Source: Euprymna scolopes
Taxonomy: Eukaryota
DNA length: 64,000 bases
Strand: one strand, 5' to 3'
NCBI GenBank assembly: GCA_053919585.1
Contig: CM132793.1
This document shows positions 24,750 to 38,486 of this stretch, in pieces. Positions within the stretch are counted from its first letter, which is position 1; every line of letters starts with the position of its first letter. The position numbers were made by a program, and so were the translations under genes. The notes under the pieces are model-generated. The model had not been told where the DNA came from. It saw only the letters and a list, made by a program, of their open reading frames with translations, and ran no database searches.

Positions 24750-27135
24750 AATTAATCTCCATTAAGGGAACTGCGACCGGAGCGGATTTTTAGAAGCTTT
24801 GTTAGAAATTATGACAGAAACTGAGTTTGATTTCCCGAAGCTAATTACAATCACAACTGATTGTGTTCCAGCAATAATAGAAAAAAGGCTTTGTACAATA
24901 CGATAGGAACACGTAAAAAGCCTTGTAAACATTCATAAGAATATCCATAACAAAACAGTGTGTGCCAACATATTAAAGTATTAAAACGTTATAGATGTTG
25001 TAAAACTGTGTATTTGATTCTGTCTTTTAGATTGAATTATCGACAATTTAAAAATTTCTCATTTGATACTCATTCCTAATATGGTGACCTTGCTTATTTT
25101 AGCTATGTACGGTGGCTTAGTTGAGAATAGATGTTAAAATAAATACTTGCCTTACATAAAAAGTGACGATTTTCCTCTAAGGTAAATGTGTGGATAATTT
25201 TTAAGTTCTACATAATGTTTGGTTCGCAAATTTAACAGTCACTGTAGACACACTGACTTATTTTTTTTTTACATGGGTATCACCACTTATCAAGGCCCAG
25301 AGGCCACTCGAGGATAAGGGTTAATAGGTATACATTAGTCATTGTGATTTTAGCATAGTAAACAGTGGGAATTTTGTAACTTGGATTACTGAGAGGGACG
25401 ATTCAATTAGAACTTGTTCACATTGGACTTTTTCTTTTTTTTCATAGGTATCAACACATTATTAAGGCTAAGAGGCCACTCAAGGATAAGGGTTAAAGAG
25501 TGTACAGTAGAAATTGGACAATATAATAATCATTGGTAATGAAAATTTGTTAAATTTGATAACTTATATGGAACGGCTCATCAAGAACTTATTTACGTTA
25601 GACTTGAAGACAACCATATTGTAGTCAGCCGGAAAGCAGGAAAACGGAAGACAATTCCACAGGCGTGCAGCTCTAATAAAAAAAACTTTGTTCATGGAAT
25701 CTACGTTTAGGTTTAGGCACAGATAAAGAGTGGGGGAATTATTGATAGTGTTTACAGCTAGACGAGTGTTTCTTGTGAAAGTTTTGCGAGGGGGGACCAT
25801 AGATTGAAGCTCATTCGAACACTTTCCATGAAAATAACGATACATCAGATACAAACTCACAACATCTCGTCTGTGAGATAGAGGTTGCAAGGAAGATAAA
25901 AGGACATCTCCTACGAGGCTACGAAGTCTATTTTGAACTCTATCAAGGCAGGACAAGTCCTTTCTAGAAGCTCCTGCCCAGATGTGGCAACAGTATTCCA
26001 TCCTTGGACGTACCTGGCTCTTATATAGATAAAGAATTGCATCGGCAGTGAGATATCTACTGGATCGATAGAAAGATCCCACCATTTTTCCAGCGGCCTT
26101 GGCAACAGATTTGATGTACGTGTTCCATTTAAGATCAGGAGTAATGGTCAAGCCAAGAAGCTTGTCAAAACTTGAGGCCTCCTGAAGACGAGAGCCATTC
26201 ATTTCAATTGATGCCAGATGGGGATCAGAATGTTGATGATGTAAAGAGAGAAGCTTGGTTTAAGATGCATTAAAAGTAACCAGCCACTCCTTTCCCCATT
26301 GTACATGCTCAAGATCAGAGGAGAGAGAATTGGAGAGAACTTGGTCGTTTACTGTCTTAGATGTGCTACCATAAATGGTAGTGTCGTCAGCATAAATGTC
26401 TACAAATGATGTAAGGATGTGATTTGGAAGATCATTAATGTAGATCAGGAAAAGAGTTGGCCCAGGATGGACCCTTGTGGGACACCGGCATTAATACTGT
26501 GGGCTTCTGATTTTTGCCCCTCAACTACTACTCTTATGAACCTATCAGAAAGAAATGATTTAATAATTGAGAAGACATTTGAAGTATATTTGAATCATTT
26601 ACATTTTCCACTTTGGGGTTATAATGAGCTTATAATCATATTGATTTCGTAAAATAAAAAAAACATATGAGAACTAAGAAATAAAAAAATAACTTATTTC
26701 TCGTCATTCCAAACAGAAAATCACATGATTTCAATTATTTGTGAATGTAATTCAGGATTTGTGAAATTAATTTGTAGACATTCACTTGCATAAATATGAT
26801 TTCAAATTATTTGCTACGCCATTTGATGTGGGAGTGGAGACAGCATCGAAATGTTTTTAAATAGATATCATAGAAACGCAATCTACAAAGTTCCGAATTT
26901 AATTCCAAAGATAGTTCCTTAATTGTTTTTTACACCAAATATATTTTTCCAAAGACAAAATATTTTGAATTAATGATCGGCGCAAAAATATTTGTCTGGA
27001 CATAGCAATCAATGCGAACAGTTTTTTTTCCAAAATTGAAGCAAACTTATAACAAATTAAGAACAAGTTTGCCTGATGACCATCTTGATATAATCTTGTT
27101 CCTAACCTAAACAAGTTTGAAACCAAATATTGTGA
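24750..27135 (+). pseudogene. hAT transposase remnant interrupted by a LINE
   Basis: GTATGADF, KLITITTD..PA, LNYRQFK, YGDLAY..VRWLS, HFP, LFATPFDV, and CEQFF..LRTSLPDDHL (dimerisation domain). Confidence 0.88.
25261..26580 (-). mobile_element. CR1/L2-group LINE family A (RT half) with a second short 3' tail in tandem
   Basis: ORF 25564-26202 with MEYCCHIWAGA; GVPQGSILGP and YADD upstream; two tails beginning at 25261 and about 25430. Confidence 0.95.
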
Positions 27136-30100
27136 AAGTCTCCATCAATAAAAATCACCAACTTTTCTATTACTTCTTTTATTGTTGATAAAATAACGCC
27201 GCTGCTACATATTTATAAACAAATGCTTTTTAAAATATTTTCAGTTAAATAAATATTAGTTTTTAACTATTATCTTCATGCGTTTTAATATAGATTATTT
27301 TATTCAACACCTATAATTAAATGTGAATATGTCAATATTTCTCAATTTAACTATGTCGTCAATCTTTTGATGACATTTATATTATATGTTATTTTTTCAT
27401 CGCTATCTACATATCTCAGTACATTTAAAATATTAGAATATCTAATATTATGTTTATAAGACTTGTATAACCTTTAACGTTTTACCACGTCGCGTTGATT
27501 ACGTTTGATGTAAAATAATAAGCGATGAGAGAGGGACTGACGTACAAAATCGAAGAAATCTAAAGACAGTTATACATACGCGCATAATACATAACTGCCT
27601 CATGAATGTGTGGCTTATGCAGCCTGTATATTTTCGTAAGTGTATAGGTTTTCAACTATTTCTACTTGTATGCATAGTTATATGTGTTTTACTTAGTGTG
27701 GGTGTTGTTAGTTTGTAGTGCAATTTTCAATAACAGTTCAATACTACATGTAATAATATTATCTATTTTTCTTTCGGTAGATTTATTTTAAAGTATTTTG
27801 ATGTTCCATAAGGAAAACTAATTTTTCTTGGTTATTTTTTAATTTTAAATTTCTTGTATTGCTGATTTCTCAATTTTTATGTTCTTATTTTTAAATGTTT
27901 AGTTTGAGATCGGTCCGCATTTGTAATTAAAAAAGAATATTGATTGCCTTCATCCAGTCCACGATCAGTTATTATAAGACGATCCGGCCTGCGAGTTGAA
28001 TGAGTTTTCGAACCCTTGTACTAAATTCCGCCACTTAGTTTGCAAAATACCAACAAGATCCGCTGTACTTCATGACGGTCACAGAGAAAATTGAATTACT
28101 GTTTTAATAAACATCATATTTATATTGGAAAATATTAATGTATCCTGTTGTTTATTTGTATATACTCTATAGAAATATCTTTTCTCTACGATACGTTCTT
28201 TTGGTTAATGTAAAAGGATATATTTCCTACTAGTGGATTCTGCATAATCGAGAATTAAATTATAGTGATAAACTTTATAGAATATTTCTGCTTATAACGT
28301 AACATATCTTTTCTCTCGAAAATGTAAGAGACATTTATTGCTCTGAAATGTTTTGGTTTTAGAGACCTCACATTCTATGCACGTTTGATAACTTTGAAGG
28401 CATACAATACATTAACTTCGTTATGGTTCACTGAATTACTTCATGAAGTCTTCATCTAAACACGGAAATGTGTGTATGTGAAAAGTAATAAACGATTTAC
28501 TTGTCACTTAAAGTAGGCCAGAGGAGCATGAAAGCAAATCAAAACTAAAGAAGCTTTAGCTAAGTAAACTAATAGTAATAATGCTTGATTAATAATGTGG
28601 CATCAAACTATATATTAAACAGAATATACTACTCTATTTCTTTTTTATGTATGATAAGGATAGGAGCAGGTTTGAAATAATCATGTAAGACACGAATAAC
28701 CACGCGTATAATTTAACGCCGACTTTGAATTATTTGAAAGGTCAACGATGCATTAAATATCAAACAACGTACTCGCATTCGTTCTTTTTTAATTTTTGGC
28801 ATTTATTGTGGAAGCTTAATTTTCTAAATCAGTGGAAACTTCAAGCAACGCCATGAAGCATGCGAATCACATAATCTGTAAATGTGATTTCTATAAAATA
28901 GATATTTCTGGAAAAACACTTTATATTATCTATATTAATAAAATTGAATACATTTTCATACAAGTTTCAACATTATATGATAATAAACACGTATGCACAA
29001 ATTATACAGTTTCCATTTCCATTTTCTTTAGGTTGGTGAAAAAAATAATATCGTTTTTACATATAGTTGAACGTCAAAAAAAGAAATTATGTTTACCCCA
29101 ACCTAATACTAAACCGTGTTATTATCTCACACACATAGAATTAGTTGTCGTTTAATTATTCTTATTTTTATCCTAGTGGATGTAATTTCTCAAATACATA
29201 ATCAAATTGAGAGAGTAGCAAAAGCTACACGCTGTTGCAATGCACCCCTCATCCGTAAAACAAAATCACTGCATTCTGTTTACTAATGAAGTAAGTTTCA
29301 TGAGATGTAGCCGACTATTTTTTACCTTTTACACGTCACAGTTTAATACATACGCCATTACGCTTACGGTTTTATTTAAGGAATGTTCCCTTATTCTTCC
29401 TGATTTAATGTAATGAAATAATGGAACGAAACATAGTGTTCACAATACCTGCATGTTATTGCTTTAGGAGATCGTATAAAACAAGCAGATCGCTTTGTAC
29501 TAATATAGATGACTTCGCTTACTAATAACAGACGCGCTATTAATTATTTTCGATATTCAAGTTATATTCAGTTTTGACATATTTCGCTTATTATTGTTAG
29601 ATCAGTGTAAAATACTTATATAAAGTCCACACTCCATAGGAGAATATGCTTCTACACATTTTGAACTTTACTACACTGTATTTTTTCAAACTAATCTTAA
29701 ACAAAACTTACGATAAGTTTACACTTAGAGTTAAAAAAAAATGATTTAAATTCTTTTGAATTAGTCATCTCCAGAACAGAATAAAATAGAAAGGATGTGC
29801 ATCTACAGAATTTAACTAATTTGAGTTTTTTTAACACTAAACATAAACCCAAGTTAGAGTTGGTTTTCATTTCAGTTAACAATATCATTCCGGTTCAAAG
29901 TCTGTAAAAGTAGCCCTTAACGATTATCGACTTTTATCAAAATAAGCTTAAACTAAATTTACGATTAATTTACTGATTAGTGTTAAAAATAACATACTGG
30001 TCCAAATTCTGAAGAAGAACCCCGATTTTATTTCCTACTTCTATATTTTGTTTAAAACTATTTTAATGCTTCAAATTCTTATTCATTACAAATCACAAAC

Positions 30101-32047
30101 TTTTAGATAAAACTGATTCATCGGTTTTTACAATAGAAAACTATTAATACTATTTAAGGCAATATCATAATTACAAATAATAAAAACTGTAGTAATGATA
30201 TTGGAGATTCTAACAAGTAAATTGACATTTTATTCGATCATTTAAAGACTTTCAATTTCACTTCTAATTTAGAACAATCGCAAAATAATTGTTTTTATAC
30301 CGTTAACTGAATATAAAAATGAATGACTCATTTGTGAAAACATCGGCATGCATTATAACGGATTTAATCTGATAATTATATTTTAATCTATTGATTTTTA
30401 CTTTTATTATAATTGGAAAATAATATCAGGTTCACAGAATAAAACACATAGAAAAATCGATTTTATTGTCTTTGAAGCTATAGTACACCTATTTGAAGGT
30501 GAGGTTATTATTTAAAAAGTATACCTACCCAAAAACGGTTCTAAAATCTATTTTCACTCGATTTGTATTCCATAATTGTATAAATTGCTTAATTTTCTTA
30601 AATTGCCCTTTTTCCCGTTGTCAAATTCCCCAGGCAACGACACAACTCAAATGTTCTTAATGAATACAACATTTTTTCAGTACAATTACCAAAGTCTAGA
30701 ACGATTTCTCATTCATGGAACAGTATAGAAAACGAACAACCAATGATTACAGTGCTGTCCAATACTGATTCGTTATCATTTTTATAGCTTTATGTGTGAG
30801 GTGCGAGATTAATTATTTACGGAAACCTCGTGTACCAGCGTTTTTGGTTATATTCAATAATTTCCCTTTTTAAGCCTTTCTATAAAACATGTATGCCAAG
30901 AGAAGTTTTATTTGATTTTTTCAAAATTTATTTTATGGTGTGAGAAGAGATTTATTTCACGAATTACTGCCACGAAATACTTCCAAAACGCACCATGAGA
31001 TAGTTATAATATCCTTCGAATTTTTCAAAAGAAAGAGTCTAAAATACACTGCTTATAATATTTAAAAAATACCAGATTAAAATCGTATTTACAATATCGA
31101 CACCTTAAAACAATATCCTTATGCAATGGCTACATATAATGCGCATTATGTATTAAATAAATCTACCAAAAATCAAATGATCTTCAGATTTTAACAAAAC
31201 CATCGGCATTTATTGAATTTCAAATTAATTTATAAATAAAATGCAGTATCAAAATATGTGTGAGGAGAAGAATGCTCTATGATTTAATGTAATAACTCGT
31301 TCGAGGTCTATTTTACGTTTATTGGTAAATAAAATGTATTTTTTGTTTAATAAACTTTTTGTACTTGATAACACTCATATTTCATTTAACGCAATCTGAA
31401 GAAAATATATTGCAATCCTTCGAAATGTTAACATTATATATGGTGAGTTTATATTTAGTTTATATGTTTACCATGCATTCGTATATAAAAATGCAAATAA
31501 ATGCAATATTATTATATCTTGATACAAATTTTAATTAATATAAGCGATAATATGTTGAATTGCGGGGATGAGAAACATTCTGGAAAATTTTAAATTTATT
31601 AAAATTTCACTTTTTGGCAATGTCTTCTTTAAACCAGAGAAATGTGAGTAAACGGAGCATATTTATTTCTAATTATTATAATTTAGTTTCATTATTCATA
31701 TTGTACTTTCTATCGACTCGTAAATATAAAATGCTTATAAAAAGATTCGTGAAGTATACAAAAGTTATGAAATCACCTATGCTATTGCGAGCAATGGACG
31801 TTCTTACTGGCCACTATAAAAATGATTGCATACATTCATTCAAAAGTAAAACTTACTAATATTTTTAGTTATAATGCTCGTATATAACCTCGGGTAATAC
31901 CAGCAAATGGTCCATACTAATGTTATTGTGCTAGACGCATGTTTATCTATACTTTATTGCAGGATATCGTTTTGGCGTTTTGCGATGAAATATGAGCTTA
32001 GGTATAATTAAGACTACTCAGAGTGTTACATTAGGATGTAATTCTTT

Positions 32048-32220
32048 AGTTTTTTTTTACATGCAGTTCACGATTTATCAAAGCCTAACGGTCACTCGGG
32101 GATAAGGGTTATATGTGTACAGTAATCAATGGGATAGTGTAGCAATAGTATTGGAGAATTGGTAATGTCCCATTACTTAGGGGGAGGGCGGTTCATCAGG
32201 AATTTGTTTGTGTTGGACTT
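32048..32220 (-). mobile_element. 3' tail fragment of LINE family A
   Basis: ttttttttacatg..ttatcaa..cactcggggataagggtt..ggcggttcatcaggaatttgtt. Confidence 0.85.
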
Positions 32221-33464
32221 GTATCGCCGTCTGTATATTTTGTAGGTTTTAATCAATATTTGTCAATACGTGTGGTTGTCTATATAATGTGTGTGTACGG
32301 AATATATATTTATAAATGTCTCTTATCGTCTAGTGCGTAAAACAGTTCAACAAATATAAACAATTTACAAACCGTTGCTTAGGAAACAAATGAACCTTTT
32401 TCTGGGGGGTTATCCACGCCAAAAAATAGGGGAGAACATACATTCTTCCGTCAGTTAGTTTTTGCTGATAATCTGTACGCTGATAAACATCTCGATATAG
32501 AATAACAACAATCCAAATCATAATCATCCATATTCTATTGTCCCAACAGTCAATAATTTTACAGATCTTGTTTCATCAACCATAACTGTGTAACGTATTA
32601 AGTAATTCGCAATTGTATTCCTAGTATCTCTAAGGTAAAATACTTAAATTCGGTTGTAAGTGATACTCTTCTTGGGAATGAATGTCAGCTTCTGGTGCGA
32701 GTGATACTGAGCATAAAATTGTGAAATATTGAAGACTTTTACTCGGTTCAGCAGACAGAAAGACATCATGCTAATATTGATAATCAAATATTTAACACAG
32801 CACGATAAAAGCCTGTATAATTATAAGTGAGCAATGGAAAATTATCGTTTAATCATGGTAGACGGCCATATCGGCGAATATTTTGAAAACAACATATATT
32901 GTAGTAGCATATTATAGGTGGTAATTATATACATAAGTGTGTATGTATGTGTGTGCATCAGTGTGTGCATCAGTGTGTTTCTGCGTGTGCTTGTACATGT
33001 GTATGTGTGTATAGTCGTGTGTGTTTTCCTGTGTGTTTCATCTCCATATATAATATTTTGATTACAGAAATTTCCCTCTGGACCAGGCAACAAATAAAAT
33101 TCATTATGTCTAGAATATTAGCCACTATCTTATCTCACTTTAGAACGAAATTTTAGATACATTTACTCGTTATAATAAAATCCGACATTGCATCCTACGA
33201 GTAACAGCATTACAATCGCACCATCTTTAGAGAAAGTAGTTCTTATTTTCCCCTCTAAATATTAAGTCCTTCTACAGCCACATGTCGACATTGAAAATAT
33301 ACACGTTCTATAGATGTACGCTTACACCCCCATAAACTGGCCAAGACAAACACATATATACCATTACCTTTCCCACATCATAGAATCACTAAATAATGAC
33401 ATCTCCTTTTGAAAGCCTGCTGCCTTTGATTCGTCGTTCAATATTTCACTTATTTTATTTGTGT

Positions 33465-33830
33465 CCGTTAAAGCAAACAGGCTACCGTAATACTGTATCG
33501 TTTAATTTTTTTTTTAATTTGCAACAGTTATTCTCTGTTTTTTTGGGGGGGATCTAAAAGTTACTTTTTTTAATTACTGGATAGATATTGTTTCTGTCAA
33601 AACAAACAGCTTTTCGTAACACTGCTTTTCTTTATTTTCTCAGTGGCAACTGTTATTTTCTGGACGTTTTTGTTATAAAACTTTCCTTTCTTTGATTACT
33701 GTACACATATCGTTTCTCTCAAAACAAATAGCCTACCGTAACACTGTTTTTATTTATTTAGTTTCATTACCAACTGTTACTTTTGGTTTCTATTGCTATA
33801 AATATTCCTATTTCTTTGATTTACTGTGCA
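33465..33830. repeat. Degenerate tandem repeat, about 125-bp period, 3 units
   Basis: aaa(g/a)caaa(c/t)ag..cgtaa(t/c)actg..caac(a/t)gtta recurs near 33470, 33598 and 33720. Confidence 0.75.
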
Positions 33831-34134
33831 CAAATATAATTTCTGTTTTGTTTCTTCGATGGAGAGTTAGTTGGTTATTATTTTACGCAGTAACCAGACC
33901 TCATTGAAACCATGAACCATATTTGGTCTGTTTGGCTACTATTGCATACTTTAACAAATTAATTATAGATTTTTACAAATTAATAACATATGCAGCAATG
34001 AAAAACATTCGCTACAGAAGGCAAAAGTACTTAAAAACAAATACAACCATAATAAATCGCCAAAAACAGAAATTTAACTACTAGTAACCTTAATATTATT
34101 CTATTGTTCCCATTTATTTGCCTACCCATCGAGA

Positions 34135-34306
34135 GCAGAGTTACACACAAGGTCGGTTTTTATAGTGGGAAAATCAACCAGCTCCCCACAAAAGGCCACT
34201 CTGGATAGGAACAAATTTTTAAAAAAATGTCCCAGCCATGGACGATTTCTCTTTCGCTGACCAAGGACAGAAAATTTTAAGTGCAGCATCAGGTTAGAAA
34301 GCATAC
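34135..34306 (+). repeat. Dispersed repeat, second copy at about 48365-48531
   Basis: Shared gagtta(c/g)acacaag, cactctggata.gaacaaa, gatttctctttc, ttaagtg(c/t)agcatca. Confidence 0.75.
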
Positions 34307-34689
34307 AAATATAGCAACTTTTCTAACTACACATAATCGCACACAGATATAAAAATAAATCAACTTTTACACATAATGCCATTCTGCCAAAAAATATTTA
34401 CAACCTCTTTGAATTATTGATGATCGCTCACCTATATTAACATTACATACGGGAACACTTAAAATTTTGCTACGCGGAGATCTAACAAAAGATTCAGAAT
34501 TATTGGCATTTTAACACGCATTGCTAATTCTTTCCTTCCGCACACGTAACTGACATTAGTTTTGAATATTTTTTTCAACCTAAGAATGATTTGATTGAAA
34601 GCTCTATTCTGTGCTCTATGGATTATATGTTTGTCGAATATATCTTCCCTTCATGCAGTGCTGTTCTGATTTTAAGAGTTTGTCGTTGC

Positions 34690-34690
<1 letters not shown>

Positions 34691-34750
<60 letters not shown>
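34691..34750. repeat. (TA)n microsatellite
   Basis: Directly visible. Confidence 0.98.
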
Positions 34751-34753
<3 letters not shown>

Positions 34754-35928
34754 AGGGTGTAAGAGAATTTAAATTATGCAAATTATGACTGACAACATTT
34801 ATTGTTCGTACACAAGGAATACAACTTGAAATTAATCATTTCTTCATAAAGATAAAACGCCATAATATGTTCGATCACACTCGACTTACTTTACATTTCC
34901 TAAATTATTTTTTTAAATATTCTTACCATTTCACTAAATCTAATCGTATCAAATAGGCAATAATTATTTCTTCTGTACGCTTATTGTCTTTCCCATTTTT
35001 TATTTTGCTCTAAAGAATATTGAACAAAATCAGAGAACACCTTGCAGTGAAAATGTAAACTATGGCGTGCTTTTGTCTTGTCGACATTTGTTATTTAAAT
35101 CACGTATCTAGTTGTAGTGTGTCAGCGACATTCTTATGACATTGTTTGGCACGTTTTTAATCGTTCAACTCATACATTTTCAACTAGCCTTGATGAAATA
35201 AAAATATGTTCCATTAAAATACCTCGAATCACTTTATGCATTTTAGTAACTTTTAGTACAAAACATCACTATCTATAGTAGTATCATATGAAGAATTGGT
35301 AAGAAAAATTATTTCAAGCAAGAAAGACAATCCAAGAACACTATTTACTAATAGTGAGTTAAGTAAAAAATATAATTTAATAATTTGCTTTAGAACTAAC
35401 CTTATTTTGTAATTAGTAATCGCAATTGTAATTAGTAATACATTTTTAAATAAATATAAATATAAAAAAAGTGAAAAATATTAAAATAAATAGAAAACGT
35501 AGTATTGAAGTCATAATAATAATATTAAAAAATAAACATCTCGTATGATTAACGCAAATCATTAAAAATAAACAGCAAAAGAACGAAGGAAAGGAGAAGG
35601 AAGGGAGACGAAGAGTTAAAGAATATAGAAATGGTAGTGGCAACTGCAAATAAGAAATACGGAAATACATAAAGTAAGAAAAACTTATATGTAAAAAAAG
35701 CCAAGAAAAAAGGAAATAAAACGGAGGAAAGAACAAACATTGTAAGACATCTACAGTAATATCTTTAAATACTTCAATATTTTATATGAGATGAAAAGAA
35801 AAAAATTAAGAGAAAAAAATCGTTGTAATTAAAAAAGTTGGAAGTTAAATACTTGGAAAATCCTATAAATTCCTGGTAAAGCCCTGCGTTTTTATTGAGT
35901 AACTTACCTTATATTTTGTATAATACTT

Positions 35929-35981
35929 GTCTTGTATTCTGATGAGAAGCATTCAGCCCCGAAATGCCATAGCCTAAAGAC
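35929..35981 (+). ncRNA. Degenerate hammerhead-like motif
   Basis: CTGATGA GaaGC attca GCccC GAAA TGCCATA; stems partly decayed. Confidence 0.4.
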
Positions 35982-36144
35982 GTTTTTCCCGCCTATGCTT
36001 TTCTATTTTTCTGATAATAAAATAAAGTTATATGGCACTTCTATTCGTATTATATTTAATATATTTAATAGCTTTTCACAATAGTGGTGAGTTTTATCTT
36101 GATAAGTTTGCAATGTTAAAATATATTATTTGTTACTCTCATTA

Positions 36145-36199
<55 letters not shown>

Positions 36200-36269
36200 G
36201 CTGTTAATAACTTTATGTGAATATTTATATATACACATTACAAAGTAAGACCCATGTTCAGGTAACCTA

Positions 36270-36800
36270 GAGCTATAATTTCAAATGTTTAACCCCCAAA
36301 TTTAATGAGGGGTTTGACAGATTCTGCAAACATCAACTTTTTCAACTTTTACCTCTTGGTAGCCAAATTCGCTCACAAAACTGAGTAAAATTTCAAATGT
36401 GTAGACCCAAAATTGGTTGATTAATTTGCTTGAGACCTCAAAGGTCAAATCTTTAGAACTTTGCCCTTTAAGCAGCCAAATTTTCGTCCCAAAACCAACT
36501 AAAATGCTTTCCCTATGTCTGAATACACTTTATGTAAAATTACAAATATTAAGACCATAAATTGGCTGAGTAATTTAGCAGAGGTCAATTTTTTTTAAAA
36601 ACTTTGAGCCCAATTTTTACCTCTTAACATTTTATGTTTTGGGTTAAATCGAATAAAAAGCTTGTACCATGTTCAATAAACTTTTATCTAAAATTTCAGA
36701 TGTTTATACCACAAAATTGGCAGAAGAGTTTGGTAGAGTTTTAAAAAATCAAGTTCTTAAAGTTTGACCCCTTGGCAGCCACATTTCTGGCCGAAAATAA
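36270..36800 (-). mobile_element. Fragment related to the Helitron at 22748-23484
   Basis: Reverse-complement internal repeats aatttcaaatgt(g/t)ta.accc and ttggcagcc. Confidence 0.7.
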
Positions 36801-36855
36801 AGGCGTTAAATGTACGGCATTGAAACGTAGAAATTTCCAAACCGGTATTTGGGAG

Positions 36856-36888
<33 letters not shown>

Positions 36889-36892
<4 letters not shown>

Positions 36893-37020
36893 TCCACATA
36901 TAATACTCTTTCGCTGTATTACAGCTCATCAATGCGGCTAGACAGGCAACTTCCTCAAGTTAGGATTGAAACTTGACCGCCGGTACAGTCAAAGCATTGG
37001 ACCATTACACCGATTAGCAG
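36889..37020 (-). mobile_element. Short element: tRNA-like head followed by degenerate hammerhead (retrozyme/SINE-like)
   Basis: Minus strand: TCGGTGTAATGG (A-box-like), GTTTCAATCC (B-box-like), then CCGCA TTGATGA GCTGTA A TACAGC GAAA ..TA TGTGG; ends at (TA)n. Confidence 0.6.
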
Positions 37021-38486
37021 CTGCAATGCGAGCAGTGAATTAACGATGTTTTGGCATCGTCCGAATACCAGAGCTCGATTTGTTTACACAAAGAGCATTG
37101 TTTAATACGCCAATGATATATTATATATCACTTCCCAATATGGTCAACGCAAGAGAAGGAGCATTAAAGATGTCATGAAGTTGCAACAAAATCATCTATG
37201 TATATGAATTCGTATTATTGTGTTTGTTTGTTCGTTCACAATTTGATTAATATATACAAAACGTGTCTTACTTTAATCTTTCATTTATTTCTATATATAG
37301 TATGATATATGAAAAATATACAATTAAGAGATCACCTTATTTGCATATGATATTAAGAAAAATTGATTTTACTAAATAGTGGCATTTCTGTTAATGTTTT
37401 TAGCGAGAGAATAATTTAACGTATTCTATTTAAAATTGTTATTTAATAAATTTTAAACAATTATATTCACAATATATTTAATTTAATTTATTTTTGAATT
37501 AATATTTCCAACAGCGACCTTTTTTTAAACATTTTTTCAGAGTAGGTTGCCCCTAGATGCTATGCATGAAAAAAAAAAACAAAAACGTTCACTAAATATC
37601 ATTTTGGAACGTTTGTAGCTGGAAAAATAACTCCGTGTAGATAGAAAAATGTTTGGATTTTATTGTTTTTTTTTTAAATATTAAAACAACAACAACAAAA
37701 AGAACCACAAAAAAATCCGAAAAGATTTCATTTGTTTTATGTTATTGCTTAAACGGCAATACAGAAATCGGTAATTTTTTACCATGCAATCTAGTGTCGT
37801 TTAATACCTAAAAAAATGAAGATCTATAAATTCCACAATTTACACTTTTTTCTTTTTTTTGCGTGATATTTCATCGATTACAAACTTAATTTTCTAATTA
37901 AAAAATAACTTTATATGACGTGACCCAGCGGCGTTTAACCCCTAAAAAATGGAGATCTACTTTTTTCAGTTTAATACATTTAAACAGCCTTTATAAATAT
38001 TATGATAGAAGACATTTTTAAAAATATATAATATGCTATTGTGGGATTACTTTTCTATATAAATTTAATGTAAAATGAGCACCCAATTTTTGGCCACCAA
38101 ACGTTCAACGAGACATTTCATCTCTAGCATTTTTCAAGTTTGGCGATTGAGGGGGAGGGTAAAATATGACAAATATAATTTGTATATAATTTTTATAATT
38201 TGCTTTTTTCTGGTGGAGGTGGGCGGGATTTACACTGGAAAGATAAAATAACGATACATTTAATTATTTTTTATGAGGCCATTCTCTACTTTCACCTAAC
38301 AATTTAATAAACAAAACAAACCCCAAAATATGAAAAATTAAATTTTTGTGGGGGGGGGTATATTAGAGACATAAAAAGACAAATAAAAAGCAAGTCGGAA
38401 AGTCCCTCTTAAAAAGCAAATCGAAAATTTCCTTTTATTACAAAAAAACAGCCAGTAAAAAAAGTGCCCTTACAAAAAATAAAGGT

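Larger units (their letters stand above)
23671..28018 (+). mobile_element. Full-length decayed hAT transposon (SPIN/Charlie/GTF2IRD2-like)
   Basis: TIRs CAAGGGT...ACCCTTG; subterminal GATCCGGC motifs at both ends; degenerate 8-bp TSD cgCTAAAa / taCTAAAt; transposase remnants inside. Confidence 0.85.

Noticed and set aside
29176-30790. Candidate small exons with splice-like signals near 29176 and 30633
   Set aside because: Short frames ending in stops with no homology; expected by chance in AT-rich DNA
31394-31432. CTGAAGA...GAAA hammerhead-like spacing
   Set aside because: Stem II and stem I do not pair convincingly
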